This document shows, one piece after another, positions 1 through 9,565 of a DNA stretch of 64,000 bases. A model generated the notes under the pieces. That model saw only the letters and a list, made by a program, of their open reading frames with translations. It was not told the origin of the DNA and ran no database searches. The stretch's first letter is position 1. Each line of letters opens with the position of its first letter. The stretch is from IMG/VR virus record IMGVR_UViG_3300009103_000014, positions 1 through 64,000 of that record, one strand, 5' to 3'. Source of the DNA: a virus. Lineage: Duplodnaviria > Caudoviricetes. The translations under genes and the position numbers were made by a program.

Positions 1-1997
1 TTGTTTTTTAATTGGTGTATACCTGGTACTACTTGTTTTAATACACCGTGCTTACTTTGTTTAACACTAACAAGACTACGAGGAGGTTCAATGCCATTAG
101 TACTGTTACTAATTTGTGCTGATGTTTCAGCAGGCATAAGTGCCATTAGTGTTGAGTTTTTAATACCGGTTTCTTTAAGTTGCTTTCTTAAACTTGTCCA
201 TGCCATACGTTCTTTGTGTGGAACTAGTTCATCGACATCTTTCTTATATGTGTCAATAGGTAAAATACCATCACTATACTTCGTATCAGCGTTACCTGGA
301 CAAGCACCTTCTTCTTTAGCCAAGTCAGCACTTGCTTTAATTAAGTAATAACTCCATGCTTCTGCCCATCTATCTATTACTTCTAAATTAGGATCACTAT
401 ATGTCATATCTTGTTTAGCCATCCAATAAGCAAGATTAATAATACCAACACCAAGTGGGCGTCTTTTCATTGTTGCTTTTTCGGCCGCTTTAACAGGATA
501 TTTTTGATAATCTAATAAAGCATCTAATCCTCTTACTGCTAATTCACAAGGCAATTGAAAATCTCTAGGATCTTTTATATTACCCCAATTAACTGCGGAA
601 AGAGTACATAAAGCAATTTCACCTTCTTCATCTGTATAACTAGATAATGGTTTGGTTGGAAGATTAACTTCACAACATAAATTACTTTGTCGTATAGGTG
701 CTTTTTCTTTTTTAAATGCTCCGTGATCATTAGCATTATCTACATTCATTAAATAAATCCTGCCTGTGTTTTTACGTTCTTCCATAAAAGAAGCAAACAA
801 CTTAGAAGCGGGAATAGACTTTTTACGAATTTTAGTAGACCTCTCAGCTTTTTCATAAAGTTCTTTAAATTTATCTTGATCAGCAAAAAAGGATTTATAA
901 AGTCCTGGAACATCTTGAGGCGAGAATAAAGTTATATCACTACCAGCAATAAGTCTTTCATACATTAACTTATTAAACTGTACACCGTAATCTATATGAC
1001 GTACACGATTCTCATCTGTACCTTTGTTATTTTTTAAAACTAATAAATCTTCAATTTCTAAATGCCAAATAGGATAGTAAAGAGTGGCGGCGCCATTTCT
1101 TACTCCCCCTTGACTACAACTCCTAGTTGCGGCCTGAAACATTTTATAGAAAGGAACGACGCCAGTATGATAAGCGTCGCCTTTTCTAATAGGTGAACCT
1201 AAAGCACGAATAGAACCTGCGCCAATCCCGATACCTGCTTTTTGACTAACGTACTTAACAATTGAACTTGTTGTGGCGTTAATCGAATCTAAACTGTCAC
1301 CTGTTTCAATAAGAACACAACTACTAAATTGTCGTTGTGGTGTTCTGACCCCAGCCATTACTGGCGTAGGTAAACTTAAATCAAAATTACTAATAGCATC
1401 ATAATAATCTTTAACCCATCTTAATCTTGTTTCTTTAGGATAATGACTAAACAATGTTGCCGCTATTAAAATATAAGTCATTTGTGGTGTTTCTCTTAAT
1501 TCACCTGTAACTCTATTTTGTACTAGATACTTTCCTCTAAACTGCTCCATCGCGGCATAAGTTAAATTCTCATCACGTGAATGAACAATCATATTATTAA
1601 TTTTGTTCCATTCATCTTCTGAATATGTTTCTAATAATTCTTTATCGTAATAACCATCGCGAACATTCTCTTTAACTAACTTAAGAACGTGCCATGGTTC
1701 AAAATCTCTGTAAACCATTTTTCTTAAATGATACGATATTAATCGCCCACCTACATATTGATAATTGGGCGTTGCTTCACTGATCAAATCAGCGGCACTT
1801 TTAATTAATGTTTCTTGGATTTCCGAACTAGTCATGCCATCGAAAAAACTTAGATGACTGTTAATTTCTACTTGACTAGCACTTACATTGGACAAACCAT
1901 CACAAGCAAAAAATACAACTTTGTGCATTTTTTCTAAATCTAATGGTTCTTTATCTTTATTTCTTTTTGTTATTTGTAATGTCGATTGATATGCCAT
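1..1997 (-). CDS. nrdA: Ribonucleotide reductase class Ia alpha subunit (3' end runs off the window)
   Basis: Manually translated; absent from the ORF track. ATP-cone start MAYQSTLQITKRNKDKEPLDLEKMHKV, then PTPVMAGVRT, QFSSCVLI, SQGGVRNGAA, QSNLCCE, LMPAETSAQISNSTNGIEP. Confidence 0.97.
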   Translation of the reverse strand, partial: MAYQSTLQITKRNKDKEPLDLEKMHKVVFFACDGLSNVSASQVEINSHLSFFDGMTSSEIQETLIKSAADLISEATPNYQYVGGRLISYHLRKMVYRDFEPWHVLKLVKENVRDGYYDKELLETYSEDEWNKINNMIVHSRDENLTYAAMEQFRGKYLVQNRVTGELRETPQMTYILIAATLFSHYPKETRLRWVKDYYDAISNFDLSLPTPVMAGVRTPQRQFSSCVLIETGDSLDSINATTSSIVKYVSQKAGIGIGAGSIRALGSPIRKGDAYHTGVVPFYKMFQAATRSCSQGGVRNGAATLYYPIWHLEIEDLLVLKNNKGTDENRVRHIDYGVQFNKLMYERLIAGSDITLFSPQDVPGLYKSFFADQDKFKELYEKAERSTKIRKKSIPASKLFASFMEERKNTGRIYLMNVDNANDHGAFKKEKAPIRQSNLCCEVNLPTKPLSSYTDEEGEIALCTLSAVNWGNIKDPRDFQLPCELAVRGLDALLDYQKYPVKAAEKATMKRRPLGVGIINLAYWMAKQDMTYSDPNLEVIDRWAEAWSYYLIKASADLAKEEGACPGNADTKYSDGILPIDTYKKDVDELVPHKERMAWTSLRKQLKETGIKNSTLMALMPAETSAQISNSTNGIEPPRSLVSVKQSKHGVLKQVVPGIHQLKN

Positions 1998-2022
1998 AGT
2001 ATCTATTATTCCTGGTACCTTT

Positions 2023-2472
2023 CTATAAGTATGTTTCTGTTCTAAGTTCGACATAATTGTAAGACCATCTCCTATTGTCTGTACTACCTACTATAGAAGT
2101 ATTTACAACTTCTCCACTACTCCAATTAAGAGTATATTTGCTGTAGACGTCAACAGCAGGTGTTAGTATCGAACTTTCTTTATTAGTATATATTACTACA
2201 TCTAGGTCCCGTTTGTCAAATCTATTTGTCAAAAAAAGTGTATAATAAATTCCAAGAGCTTTTCCAACATCATCCCAACTAGTATAAGAAATTAAATCCC
2301 ACGGTTGTGGCCAAGTATTTGGCAGGTCATAAGCCAAATGAGGCATGGCAATCGGAGCCATAGACCACAATTTTGCTGTTTTTTGTAAGATATCTTCGCG
2401 GTCAAGGTAAGAAACTTCTAAACGAAAATTCCTCCAAGCCCGAATCCTATCCTGATATAATAGGTCGAACAT
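2023..2472 (-). CDS. Hypothetical phage protein
   Basis: 149-aa ORF tightly packed between the 517-aa gene and nrdA. Confidence 0.7.
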   Translation of the reverse strand: MFDLLYQDRIRAWRNFRLEVSYLDREDILQKTAKLWSMAPIAMPHLAYDLPNTWPQPWDLISYTSWDDVGKALGIYYTLFLTNRFDKRDLDVVIYTNKESSILTPAVDVYSKYTLNWSSGEVVNTSIVGSTDNRRWSYNYVELRTETYL

Positions 2473-2478
2473 TAAGTA

Positions 2479-4032
2479 TTAATAATATTTGTCTAACTTG
2501 TAATAAAAATTTGCTTCTGTGGATTGATTGTTAGTAGTATAGAATAAGTTTGTTACTCCACCACTACGATCTAAACTAAACTCAACTCCAACATCTGCTT
2601 CTTCAATAAATTCATCTGAGATAGAACTATCTACAGTTGTATTTGTAATATACAATATTCCTGTTCTAACCCTAGAACCTCTGCTTATTGAATATGTTAA
2701 TTGTAAATTTGTATCTGCTGTTCTACTAAACGAAAGTCCAGTTGCTACTGCTGAAGATTGGTTATCTATTAATGTAATTTTCTTACCAGCAAATTGTTTA
2801 TGATACCCATAATTTAAACTGTTATCAGCCAATGAAGCATAAACTTCTTTACCGTTATGTTGAACTCTAGGAAAAGTTACAGCGTCGGTGTCATTTCTTT
2901 CATACCAGTCACCAAAACATCCATTTCCATCATCATTAAAATCTACACACGGAGCAATAGGATTACCTGCACCAACTAAATTAGTTGCTACATCTCTGTA
3001 TGTATTAAATGATGAAGTACAACCTTTACCATTAAACAAATAAATTGCTCTGCCAGTAATTTTATCAAACTGACTGTTTTGAATTCTCAATCCAACTGGA
3101 TAACCTGAAGAAATATTCTCTGCGATTCTTAAAGCTTCATACAAATAAGAAAATGAACACTTATCAAACACAACGTTCTTATGTGCTACATCTGAGATAA
3201 CACCTAATTCACTAAATGTAAAATCACAACCATCAAATACAATATGACTTGATATATGAGTTGCTGTTTGATCTATTTTAACACAGGCATATTTACTGCC
3301 GATTGCTGTTGGTCCTGCTGTAAGTCTACCTTTAAATCCTACATCATGGAATCTTACTTCATTACATTGTTCAACAATAACAGCATCGTTCATAGCTGTT
3401 TGATATAATGTCATTCCTGATATTGTAATATACCTAGGTGTTATTGCTGTACCTGTCCCTATACTAGCTGATGTGTTTTGATCACTATCAGCTGTTCTTA
3501 AAACTGGTATCCCGGCTTTTGTATTTTTAATATAAGTTTTTTCTTGGCCGGCTCCAATTAAATGAGCATACGCCGGAACCTTAATAGAGTCTGTGTTAAT
3601 TAAATATGTTCCTGGGGGGAAATACAAAGATCTTCTTGTTAGAGGATCTGTATCTTGTACACAATAAAGTTGATATAAAGCTGTATTGATTGCTGTTGTA
3701 TCGTCAGTTGCTCCATCACCTTTAGCACCAAAATCTAATACACTAGCAAAATCATCTAATTTAGTTTGTAAACTTCTAGCTGATGTACTTCCTGCTGTAT
3801 AACCTGCTCTATCTCCTTTATATGTATAACTATTAGATCCGCCTAAAATATTACTATGTTCAGTTAATATTTCAGTATTACCTATAGTCGGCGCACCTTC
3901 TACAGTAGAACCGTTACCAATATAAAGTTTACGATTGTTAATTACCCAGCCAAGTTCAGCTGATGATAGTTGAGGTAAGTCATCACTTAAACCTCGTCTG
4001 TGTTGAATTCTAGATATTTGAACTACAGCCAT
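2479..4032 (-). CDS. Virion structural protein with pectate-lyase-3-like beta-helix domain
   Basis: N-terminal tail-protein motif RRG...LPQLSSAELGW...LYIGNG. SVLDFGAKGDGATDDTTAIN...LYFPPGTYLI is a typical beta-helix cap. TAAATA upstream at 4057-4062. Confidence 0.8.
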   Translation of the reverse strand: MAVVQISRIQHRRGLSDDLPQLSSAELGWVINNRKLYIGNGSTVEGAPTIGNTEILTEHSNILGGSNSYTYKGDRAGYTAGSTSARSLQTKLDDFASVLDFGAKGDGATDDTTAINTALYQLYCVQDTDPLTRRSLYFPPGTYLINTDSIKVPAYAHLIGAGQEKTYIKNTKAGIPVLRTADSDQNTSASIGTGTAITPRYITISGMTLYQTAMNDAVIVEQCNEVRFHDVGFKGRLTAGPTAIGSKYACVKIDQTATHISSHIVFDGCDFTFSELGVISDVAHKNVVFDKCSFSYLYEALRIAENISSGYPVGLRIQNSQFDKITGRAIYLFNGKGCTSSFNTYRDVATNLVGAGNPIAPCVDFNDDGNGCFGDWYERNDTDAVTFPRVQHNGKEVYASLADNSLNYGYHKQFAGKKITLIDNQSSAVATGLSFSRTADTNLQLTYSISRGSRVRTGILYITNTTVDSSISDEFIEEADVGVEFSLDRSGGVTNLFYTTNNQSTEANFYYKLDKYY

Positions 4033-4059
4033 TTTTTAAAACTCCTTGTATAGAAGTAT

Positions 4060-4743
4060 TTATGCTGTAAGTCGATAGTATGATTGAACTCTATTTAACC
4101 AATGATCGGTGAATACTTCAAATTCTTCGCCTTTTAAGACCCATTTTTGAAACTCTAAGTCTTTACTACACATTAAAATAACACCTTGCTTTATATTAGT
4201 ACCATATACTTCGTTATGAGCAAGAGCATACGCCACTAATTGTGTTTTATAATCATCTACCCATTCGTCTTTTTTAGGCTTATTAGTTTGTTTAAAATCA
4301 ATAATACTAGGTTCGTCATTAAAAACTCCAACGGCATCTGTAGTACCAGCATATAATTCTGGGAAATACATAGGAACTTCAGTACCCCATATTTCACTTA
4401 CATCACACATACCTTCTTCTACAACAACTTTAGCCATATCATTAGCTTGTTTACTCCATGGATTAGAACCAGGGTCTTTTAATTCGCCTTCTATACAATA
4501 ATTTTCCAAGTATTTGTGCATCCTTGTACCTCGACTAGATGCTTCAGTTACTATTGCTTGAGCTTGTTCTTCACCTACACGCTTTTTCCAATTGGCTAAC
4601 GCTTGTTTCTTTTCTTCGCTTTTAGTTTTATCAAGTATAGTCGTGACGCTAGGTAATGCTTTGCCGTCTGGTGTTGTATATAGGCGTTTGCCTTCAACAC
4701 TGGCTCTTTTTAATTGAGTGTATTGGAATTTTTCAGTAATCAT
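4060..4743 (-). CDS. PD-(D/E)XK (Cas4-like) exonuclease
   Basis: PSVTTIL, RGTRMHKYLE, E..., YAGTTD, IIDFKQ and QLVAYALA motifs. Confidence 0.88.
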   Translation of the reverse strand: MITEKFQYTQLKRASVEGKRLYTTPDGKALPSVTTILDKTKSEEKKQALANWKKRVGEEQAQAIVTEASSRGTRMHKYLENYCIEGELKDPGSNPWSKQANDMAKVVVEEGMCDVSEIWGTEVPMYFPELYAGTTDAVGVFNDEPSIIDFKQTNKPKKDEWVDDYKTQLVAYALAHNEVYGTNIKQGVILMCSKDLEFQKWVLKGEEFEVFTDHWLNRVQSYYRLTA

Positions 4744-4749
4744 TTATAT

Positions 4750-4778
4750 ATTATAACAGATCTATGAGATGAAGTCAA
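4750..4778 (-). promoter_or_regulatory. Sigma70-type promoter TTGACT-N17-TATAAT, probably giving a leaderless exonuclease mRNA
   Basis: Near-consensus hexamers; only 6 nt separate the -10 box from the ATG at 4743. Confidence 0.85.
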
Positions 4779-4806
4779 GCCCGAAATTTCTTCCGGGCTC
4801 AAGTTG

Positions 4807-5034
4807 TTACTTACCGTCAACAAAAGAATATAACTTCTCTGCTTCTTGTAGTATATCATCTGATGAAGGGTACTCCGGGGCATCTTTTGTAGATAGTAGT
4901 TGTCCTGTTTCAGGATGTCTACTTGTAGAGTCTTGCCATTTTTGATGTTTGTTATTAAATTTCTCCATAACAAAACCTTGGGCCATGCCTAGTATTTCTG
5001 TACGAATTTCGTACGCATTTTTATTTGTAGTCAT
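4807..5034 (-). CDS. Small phage protein (AYEIR..IL.MA / A..LY.FV type)
   Basis: 75 aa, AGGAG RBS, ACAC-rich leader. Confidence 0.8.
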   Translation of the reverse strand: MTTNKNAYEIRTEILGMAQGFVMEKFNNKHQKWQDSTSRHPETGQLLSTKDAPEYPSSDDILQEAEKLYSFVDGK

Positions 5035-5120
5035 TTGTTTCTCCTGTGTGTTTGTGTGTTGTAACGTTAGTGTTACATAAATTAGTTATAAAAACTATAC
5101 AGGAGGGAGGGTATTCTTGA

Positions 5121-5453
5121 TTATTTTCTTTTGTTGAGGGCTCGTTTAGCCATATCATCTACTTTTTTATCAGGATCAATTTTTGGCTCTTCAGCATCTA
5201 TAGTGTCGTTGTCTATTTCGTCGGGGGATTTTAGTATAATGTTGTCTTGATTTATATCAGCAATAAGATTTTGTAATTGTGGATTTTCGTCGTATGCTTT
5301 TTTAAGTGCTTGATAGCTTAATGGTAAGCCCATTTTATGACCCATAGCAACAAAGGCCTTCATAGGCATTTCTTTGTTATCACCATCTATTTTATTAGCT
5401 AAAAAAGTTAATAATGAAGATAACTTGGTAGGAGCAAACTCATCGAGTCGCAT
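5121..5453 (-). CDS. Hypothetical protein, putative internal head protein
   Basis: Start re-called to MRLDEF (5453), just after the upstream stop. Confidence 0.65.
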   Translation of the reverse strand: MRLDEFAPTKLSSLLTFLANKIDGDNKEMPMKAFVAMGHKMGLPLSYQALKKAYDENPQLQNLIADINQDNIILKSPDEIDNDTIDAEEPKIDPDKKVDDMAKRALNKRK

Positions 5454-5454
5454 T

Positions 5455-6537
5455 TTAGCGTTCCTCTCTATCCAGTCCTGGTTCGCCTTCTGTTCCACCT
5501 TCTTCTGAATCTAAATCCATTACAGGCATTTCAGCATCAGCACCATCTACGTCTACGTCTAAATCACCTGCTGGTTCCATAGCATCGGCACCTTCTGGTT
5601 CTGGACCTAAGTCAATTCCTGATTCTTCACCAGTTAATAATCTACTAGCACTATCCATACCTGATCTTGCTGATTCAACTGAACTTAAACAACTATCAAG
5701 TGTACCTTTTGCCGCATTGGCAAAAGCATCTGCTTTATCTTGACCCATCTCATCTCTAATAGCATCTACTAATGGTGGTAGGTTTTCGTTTTGTAATTCA
5801 CCTATTTGTTCTTGCATTTTTTGAAGTTGGTCAACCATATCTTTAGCGGCTAATACTAATTCTGCTGACTCCATTTCACCTTCTCTAAGAGTGCCTTCTT
5901 TAATTTTTAGCATTCTTTTACTTCTTTTATCTAACTGTTGCATTATTCTTGTGTTAGAAATACTTGCTGACATTACATTTTCAAGCAAGTCTAATAAAGG
6001 CATTAAACCTTCCATAAAGTTTGCCGGTACAGCCTTGCCTGCTCTAGCATACTCTAAAGCTCTTTTGGCTTTAACATAATTTTGAGAACCTACTAGCAAC
6101 CTTAGGGCCTGTGTTGCTGTAGCATTATCGCCAAATGCTTCTTTAACTGATTCTTTTTTATCTTTTAAATTTGGGTGAGCTTCATATCTAGGATCGCCTG
6201 CTTTGTATCTTTGCCATGCTGGAGAATTTGTTTTTCTATCAGCATCAGTTACTTGCATTTTACGTCCTGGTATATCGTGTTCTTTAATTAGTTTTTGTTC
6301 AGTAAGCCATTTTTCTAATGCTTCAACAGTCATTATAGCATTAAAGTACTTGGCACTTCCTTTAGAATCAGCACCATTAAGTTTAAATGACTGTACATCA
6401 TTTCGGGTGCTTTCTAATATATCTAAAGCTAACTGTGGCGTTAACTTAGAAAAATCAATTTCATGATTAAATGTTTTTTTAAGTTGCTTGTTCACTGCTG
6501 AACTAGTAACTCTTTTTTCAATTTCACTCAAATTCAT
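5455..6537 (-). CDS. Putative prohead core/scaffold-type protein
   Basis: Helical and acidic; repeated (I/L/V)xE motifs (LIKEH, SVKEA, IKEG, LREG); very acidic C-terminus; TAAATA at 6567-6572. Confidence 0.55.
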   Translation of the reverse strand: MNLSEIEKRVTSSAVNKQLKKTFNHEIDFSKLTPQLALDILESTRNDVQSFKLNGADSKGSAKYFNAIMTVEALEKWLTEQKLIKEHDIPGRKMQVTDADRKTNSPAWQRYKAGDPRYEAHPNLKDKKESVKEAFGDNATATQALRLLVGSQNYVKAKRALEYARAGKAVPANFMEGLMPLLDLLENVMSASISNTRIMQQLDKRSKRMLKIKEGTLREGEMESAELVLAAKDMVDQLQKMQEQIGELQNENLPPLVDAIRDEMGQDKADAFANAAKGTLDSCLSSVESARSGMDSASRLLTGEESGIDLGPEPEGADAMEPAGDLDVDVDGADAEMPVMDLDSEEGGTEGEPGLDREER

Positions 6538-6569
6538 AATATTAGCCCTTTTAATTTTATATAATGTAT

Positions 6570-6986
6570 TTATACAATGTTCATTGCTTTTGATAACTCT
6601 CTTAATTCATTTAATATACGATCTGCGTCATAAATGCTGAGTTCTAACCGTGTTTCATAGAATAATACACTACTTTCGTCATGTTTCTTCTTAGCTACCC
6701 TCAAATGATATTTATGAAACATAGCATCGTTTTTATGTTTAGCTAATGAATCATCTAATCGCTTTATTGTATCTCGGCTATCTCCAGTATAATATGCTAC
6801 AGCATACGACACAGCACCCAATCTTGAATAAAAATCATGTTTAAAACCTTTTCTTTTATACCTCCAATAACCATGCTTTATCTGAAAAACGATCGATTCA
6901 CCCACACGGGTGTACGTTTCGCCTTTAGTAATAATCGGAAAGTTATTTTCTATATGTTGGTTTTCTGCCATAGAGCACATCATCAC
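6570..6986 (-). CDS. Hypothetical protein
   Basis: ORF within the operon; true start may be 6971 (MAENQH). Confidence 0.65.
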   Translation of the reverse strand: MMMCSMAENQHIENNFPIITKGETYTRVGESIVFQIKHGYWRYKRKGFKHDFYSRLGAVSYAVAYYTGDSRDTIKRLDDSLAKHKNDAMFHKYHLRVAKKKHDESSVLFYETRLELSIYDADRILNELRELSKAMNIV

Positions 6987-7164
6987 CTATTCGTTTACGC
7001 CAAAACACACTTTTACTTACCAAACGGTTAACTGTAGCGATGTGTTCTTGTTTTAATGAAGATCTAAGTATTTGACCTTCTGGTGAATTCTCTACGATTT
7101 TTATTAATTCAATTTCGTCCGTTGAAATCCAGACTCTAACTGTTGGTGCTATCTTGTGAAACAT
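6943..7164 (-). CDS. Small hypothetical protein, possibly winged-helix-like
   Basis: 73 aa; start overlaps the kinase stop codon (TAATG). Confidence 0.6.
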   Translation of the reverse strand: MFHKIAPTVRVWISTDEIELIKIVENSPEGQILRSSLKQEHIATVNRLVSKSVFWRKRIGDDVLYGRKPTYRK

Positions 7165-7844
7165 TATTTCTTATTTTTAGCTATCCAATCTTTTGCTATT
7201 GGATTACGAGGCTCTTGATTTAAAAACTGTCTAATTTTACCTTCTACGTTTTTAAATCCTTCTGCTCTTTCGGGGTCTTCTAACCCGCCTGAATTATCTA
7301 CAACAAGAAAACGTTCAGGTGTGAACAACTGCTGAAACTTCATCATATTTTCTTGTACTCTTCTCCACATTTTTTCTACTTCTTCAGGTTTGAGTGTTCT
7401 TCCGGGTCTATCTAAATTTCTTTGTTGTGCTACGGCTAATTTAGTATTAACATATAACATCATTGTGCCGTAACCTAAGTCGGTCATTTCTTTTCTTATT
7501 TTTGCTGTTTTTTCTAAATCTCTACCTGTACCGTCAATTACTACACCTAACTTACCATCTAACCACCAGCCTTTTTGTTTTGCTAATAGTTCTTTACCTT
7601 GATCTCTAGTTGCTTGACCGGCTGGACTATAAATTTGCTCTGGATCAGTAACGTCCATGCCCTTTTTTCTCATTAAAAATTCAAACATATTATCTGAATC
7701 AGCAAACTTTAATCCAAACCCTTGTAATATTTTTTTTGCTACATATGATTTCCCAGAACCGGGACCACCAGCCATAAAAATCGCTTTGAAAATATGTTTA
7801 TCGTTGGGACCTTCTTCTAGATCAAGACCGGTATCTACAAGTCT
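7164..7844 (-). CDS. P-loop kinase (zeta-toxin/AAA_33/PNK-like), probably expressed as a -1 frameshift extension of 7835..8713
   Basis: KAIFMAGGPGSGKS Walker A, DSD, VVIDGTG, lid R..R. The frame is open upstream of ATG 7775 to the A9 run, with no ATG/GTG/TTG in between. Confidence 0.8.
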   Translation of the reverse strand, partial: RLVDTGLDLEEGPNDKHIFKAIFMAGGPGSGKSYVAKKILQGFGLKFADSDNMFEFLMRKKGMDVTDPEQIYSPAGQATRDQGKELLAKQKGWWLDGKLGVVIDGTGRDLEKTAKIRKEMTDLGYGTMMLYVNTKLAVAQQRNLDRPGRTLKPEEVEKMWRRVQENMMKFQQLFTPERFLVVDNSGGLEDPERAEGFKNVEGKIRQFLNQEPRNPIAKDWIAKNKK

Positions 7845-8713
7845 TTTTTTTTGACAGACTCAATCTGTTTGTTGTATTTTGCTCTAATCAAACTTGGCTT
7901 TAATCCAAGTTCCCTAGTCCTTATATCATCAACAGCATTTTGAATTCTATATGCTATCTCATTTTTATCAATGCCTTTGATTTCTTCACTTTTAAATAAC
8001 ATCTCTACATACTCGTCAATAGTGTTTAAGTACCCTTCTATGTTACCGCCAGCTTCTTTTACAGAGCCTTCTGAAAATGATCCTGTGTCACCTTCAAGTC
8101 TTGCTTTAAATTCTGCTAGGTGTCCAACAAGATCTTCTACGTTCTCGTCATATTCTTCATTGTTAAAATCAACTAGTTCTCTATAAAGCTCGTCTGTAAG
8201 TCGATGTATTTTATCTACATCATTTACGCCTTCTTTAACTGATTCTTCTTTTGGTATATAAGCATCTGCTGGAACAATCTTTTTTGCTCTTTCTAATACG
8301 TCTTGTAAAAGTTTAACACCTTTGTCCATAGTAACTATTTGATCGTGTAAGTCACCAGCACCTGTTCCTCTTGAGTCAATTTTACTTAATAGATCAACAT
8401 CTTGTTTGATAGTTTGTAAATGACTTTCTAATTCTTCTAAACGGTGATGTTTGTAACCGTCGAATTTATCTTCGTGTACTTTTACTTGCTGTCCTGGTTT
8501 AAGTTTTTTACCTACGTTAGGGCCTTTTTTCTTATTTAAATTAATAGATGTTTGACCCATAGATGTACTTACATCAATACCAGTATCTTTATCAGTATCT
8601 AATTCTATTTTTTGTCCTGGTGACGTTTGTATTGTAAACTTTTTACCGTCAGGAGAAACTTTAGTAATTTTTCCTTTTTCTGGCTCTACTTCTAATAATT
8701 TAAACCAACTCAT
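7835..8713 (-). CDS. Putative internal head (poly)protein ending in an A9 slippery run
   Basis: Modules separated by VKE/LLE-type motifs; ends GTC AAA AAA AAA GAC TTG TAG. Confidence 0.7.
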   Translation of the reverse strand: MSWFKLLEVEPEKGKITKVSPDGKKFTIQTSPGQKIELDTDKDTGIDVSTSMGQTSINLNKKKGPNVGKKLKPGQQVKVHEDKFDGYKHHRLEELESHLQTIKQDVDLLSKIDSRGTGAGDLHDQIVTMDKGVKLLQDVLERAKKIVPADAYIPKEESVKEGVNDVDKIHRLTDELYRELVDFNNEEYDENVEDLVGHLAEFKARLEGDTGSFSEGSVKEAGGNIEGYLNTIDEYVEMLFKSEEIKGIDKNEIAYRIQNAVDDIRTRELGLKPSLIRAKYNKQIESVKKKDL

Positions 8714-8843
8714 TTTTTTCTTGTTTCCTATAATGCTTACAAACTTCTATTTCTATTGTTTTATTATCACCATCTTGAAATTCTTTAATTAAAGGACTAT
8801 CATGTTTTTCATACCCGCAATTTTCACAATATTCTTTTATCAT
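8700..8843 (-). CDS. 47-aa protein with CxxC...H...C, possibly metal binding
   Basis: Manually found: MIKEYCENCGYEKHDSPLIKEFQDGDNKTIEIEVCKHYRKQENELV. Fills the gap and overlaps both neighbours. Confidence 0.65.
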   Translation of the reverse strand: MIKEYCENCGYEKHDSPLIKEFQDGDNKTIEIEVCKHYRKQEKNELV

Positions 8844-9145
8844 TACTTCTTACCCGAAAATTTTCTTGAACCCTTTGCTCTATTTAGTGCTTGAACCCTT
8901 CTTGAAGCTGGGTTAATACGCTTTGTTCTGTTTGCTTTTCTAACATTTCGTCTAGCAAATCTGGCTTTAGTAATAGCTAACTTAATACGTTTTTGAATAT
9001 TAGGTGCTTTATAACATGAAGCCGGCGAAGCAACAATCTTACCTTTTAATCTTCCTGCTGAACAACGAAATTTTCGTACGACTTTCGTCCCTGAACGGGC
9101 CCATGCCATAGTTGCTTCATTTGATGTAATTTCGTTGACTAGCAT
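8843..9145 (-). CDS. Highly basic small protein, putative internal head nucleic-acid-binding protein
   Basis: Arg/Lys-rich after the acidic leader MLVNEITSNE; TAAATA 5 nt before the ATG. Confidence 0.75.
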   Translation of the reverse strand: MLVNEITSNEATMAWARSGTKVVRKFRCSAGRLKGKIVASPASCYKAPNIQKRIKLAITKARFARRNVRKANRTKRINPASRRVQALNRAKGSRKFSGKK

Positions 9146-9166
9146 ACTAGTATTTAGTATGACTTT

Positions 9167-9445
9167 TTAATTAAGAATAATTAGTTGGTAAGTCAAAAAT
9201 GCCACTGCTGACACTAATGCTCCTATTATTCCTACGCCGATGGTCAAAGTCTGTCTGCTTCGACTGGCTTTATCATTATACATAGCATCTCGTAATTCAA
9301 CCAAAACTTCATCCATTTTGGTCATACGCTCATTAATAGAGTCCAATTTCTCTTCCATTCTTTTATACCTCTCCGCACATAAATCAACGTGTGCCTCCAG
9401 GCTCTCTTTTTCAACGTCTAAAACTGCCATTGTCTTCATTCTCAC
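9167..9445 (-). CDS. Coiled-coil protein with C-terminal TM helix (XhlA/holin-like architecture)
   Basis: SLEAHVDLCAERY coiled coil followed by a single hydrophobic C-terminal helix. Confidence 0.55.
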   Translation of the reverse strand: MRMKTMAVLDVEKESLEAHVDLCAERYKRMEEKLDSINERMTKMDEVLVELRDAMYNDKASRSRQTLTIGVGIIGALVSAVAFLTYQLIILN

Positions 9446-9565
9446 CTATGTATATTGTTAATTAGTGAGTTGCTACTATTACAATGTTATTGTGTTTTGC
9501 CTATAAAGTTTGCCTAATTGTTGCCTTCTAGTGTCAACTGTTTTTTCTAACCAATAATATTTATC

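Noticed and set aside
1-348. Plus-strand 115-aa ORF
   Set aside because: Antisense shadow of nrdA.
4060-4743. Cas4-like nuclease as a sign of CRISPR
   Set aside because: No repeat-spacer array or other cas genes seen; such exonucleases are common in T4-like phages.
4740-4973. 77-aa minus-strand ORF
   Set aside because: Alternative frame over the 75-aa gene, which has the RBS; it also runs through a promoter.
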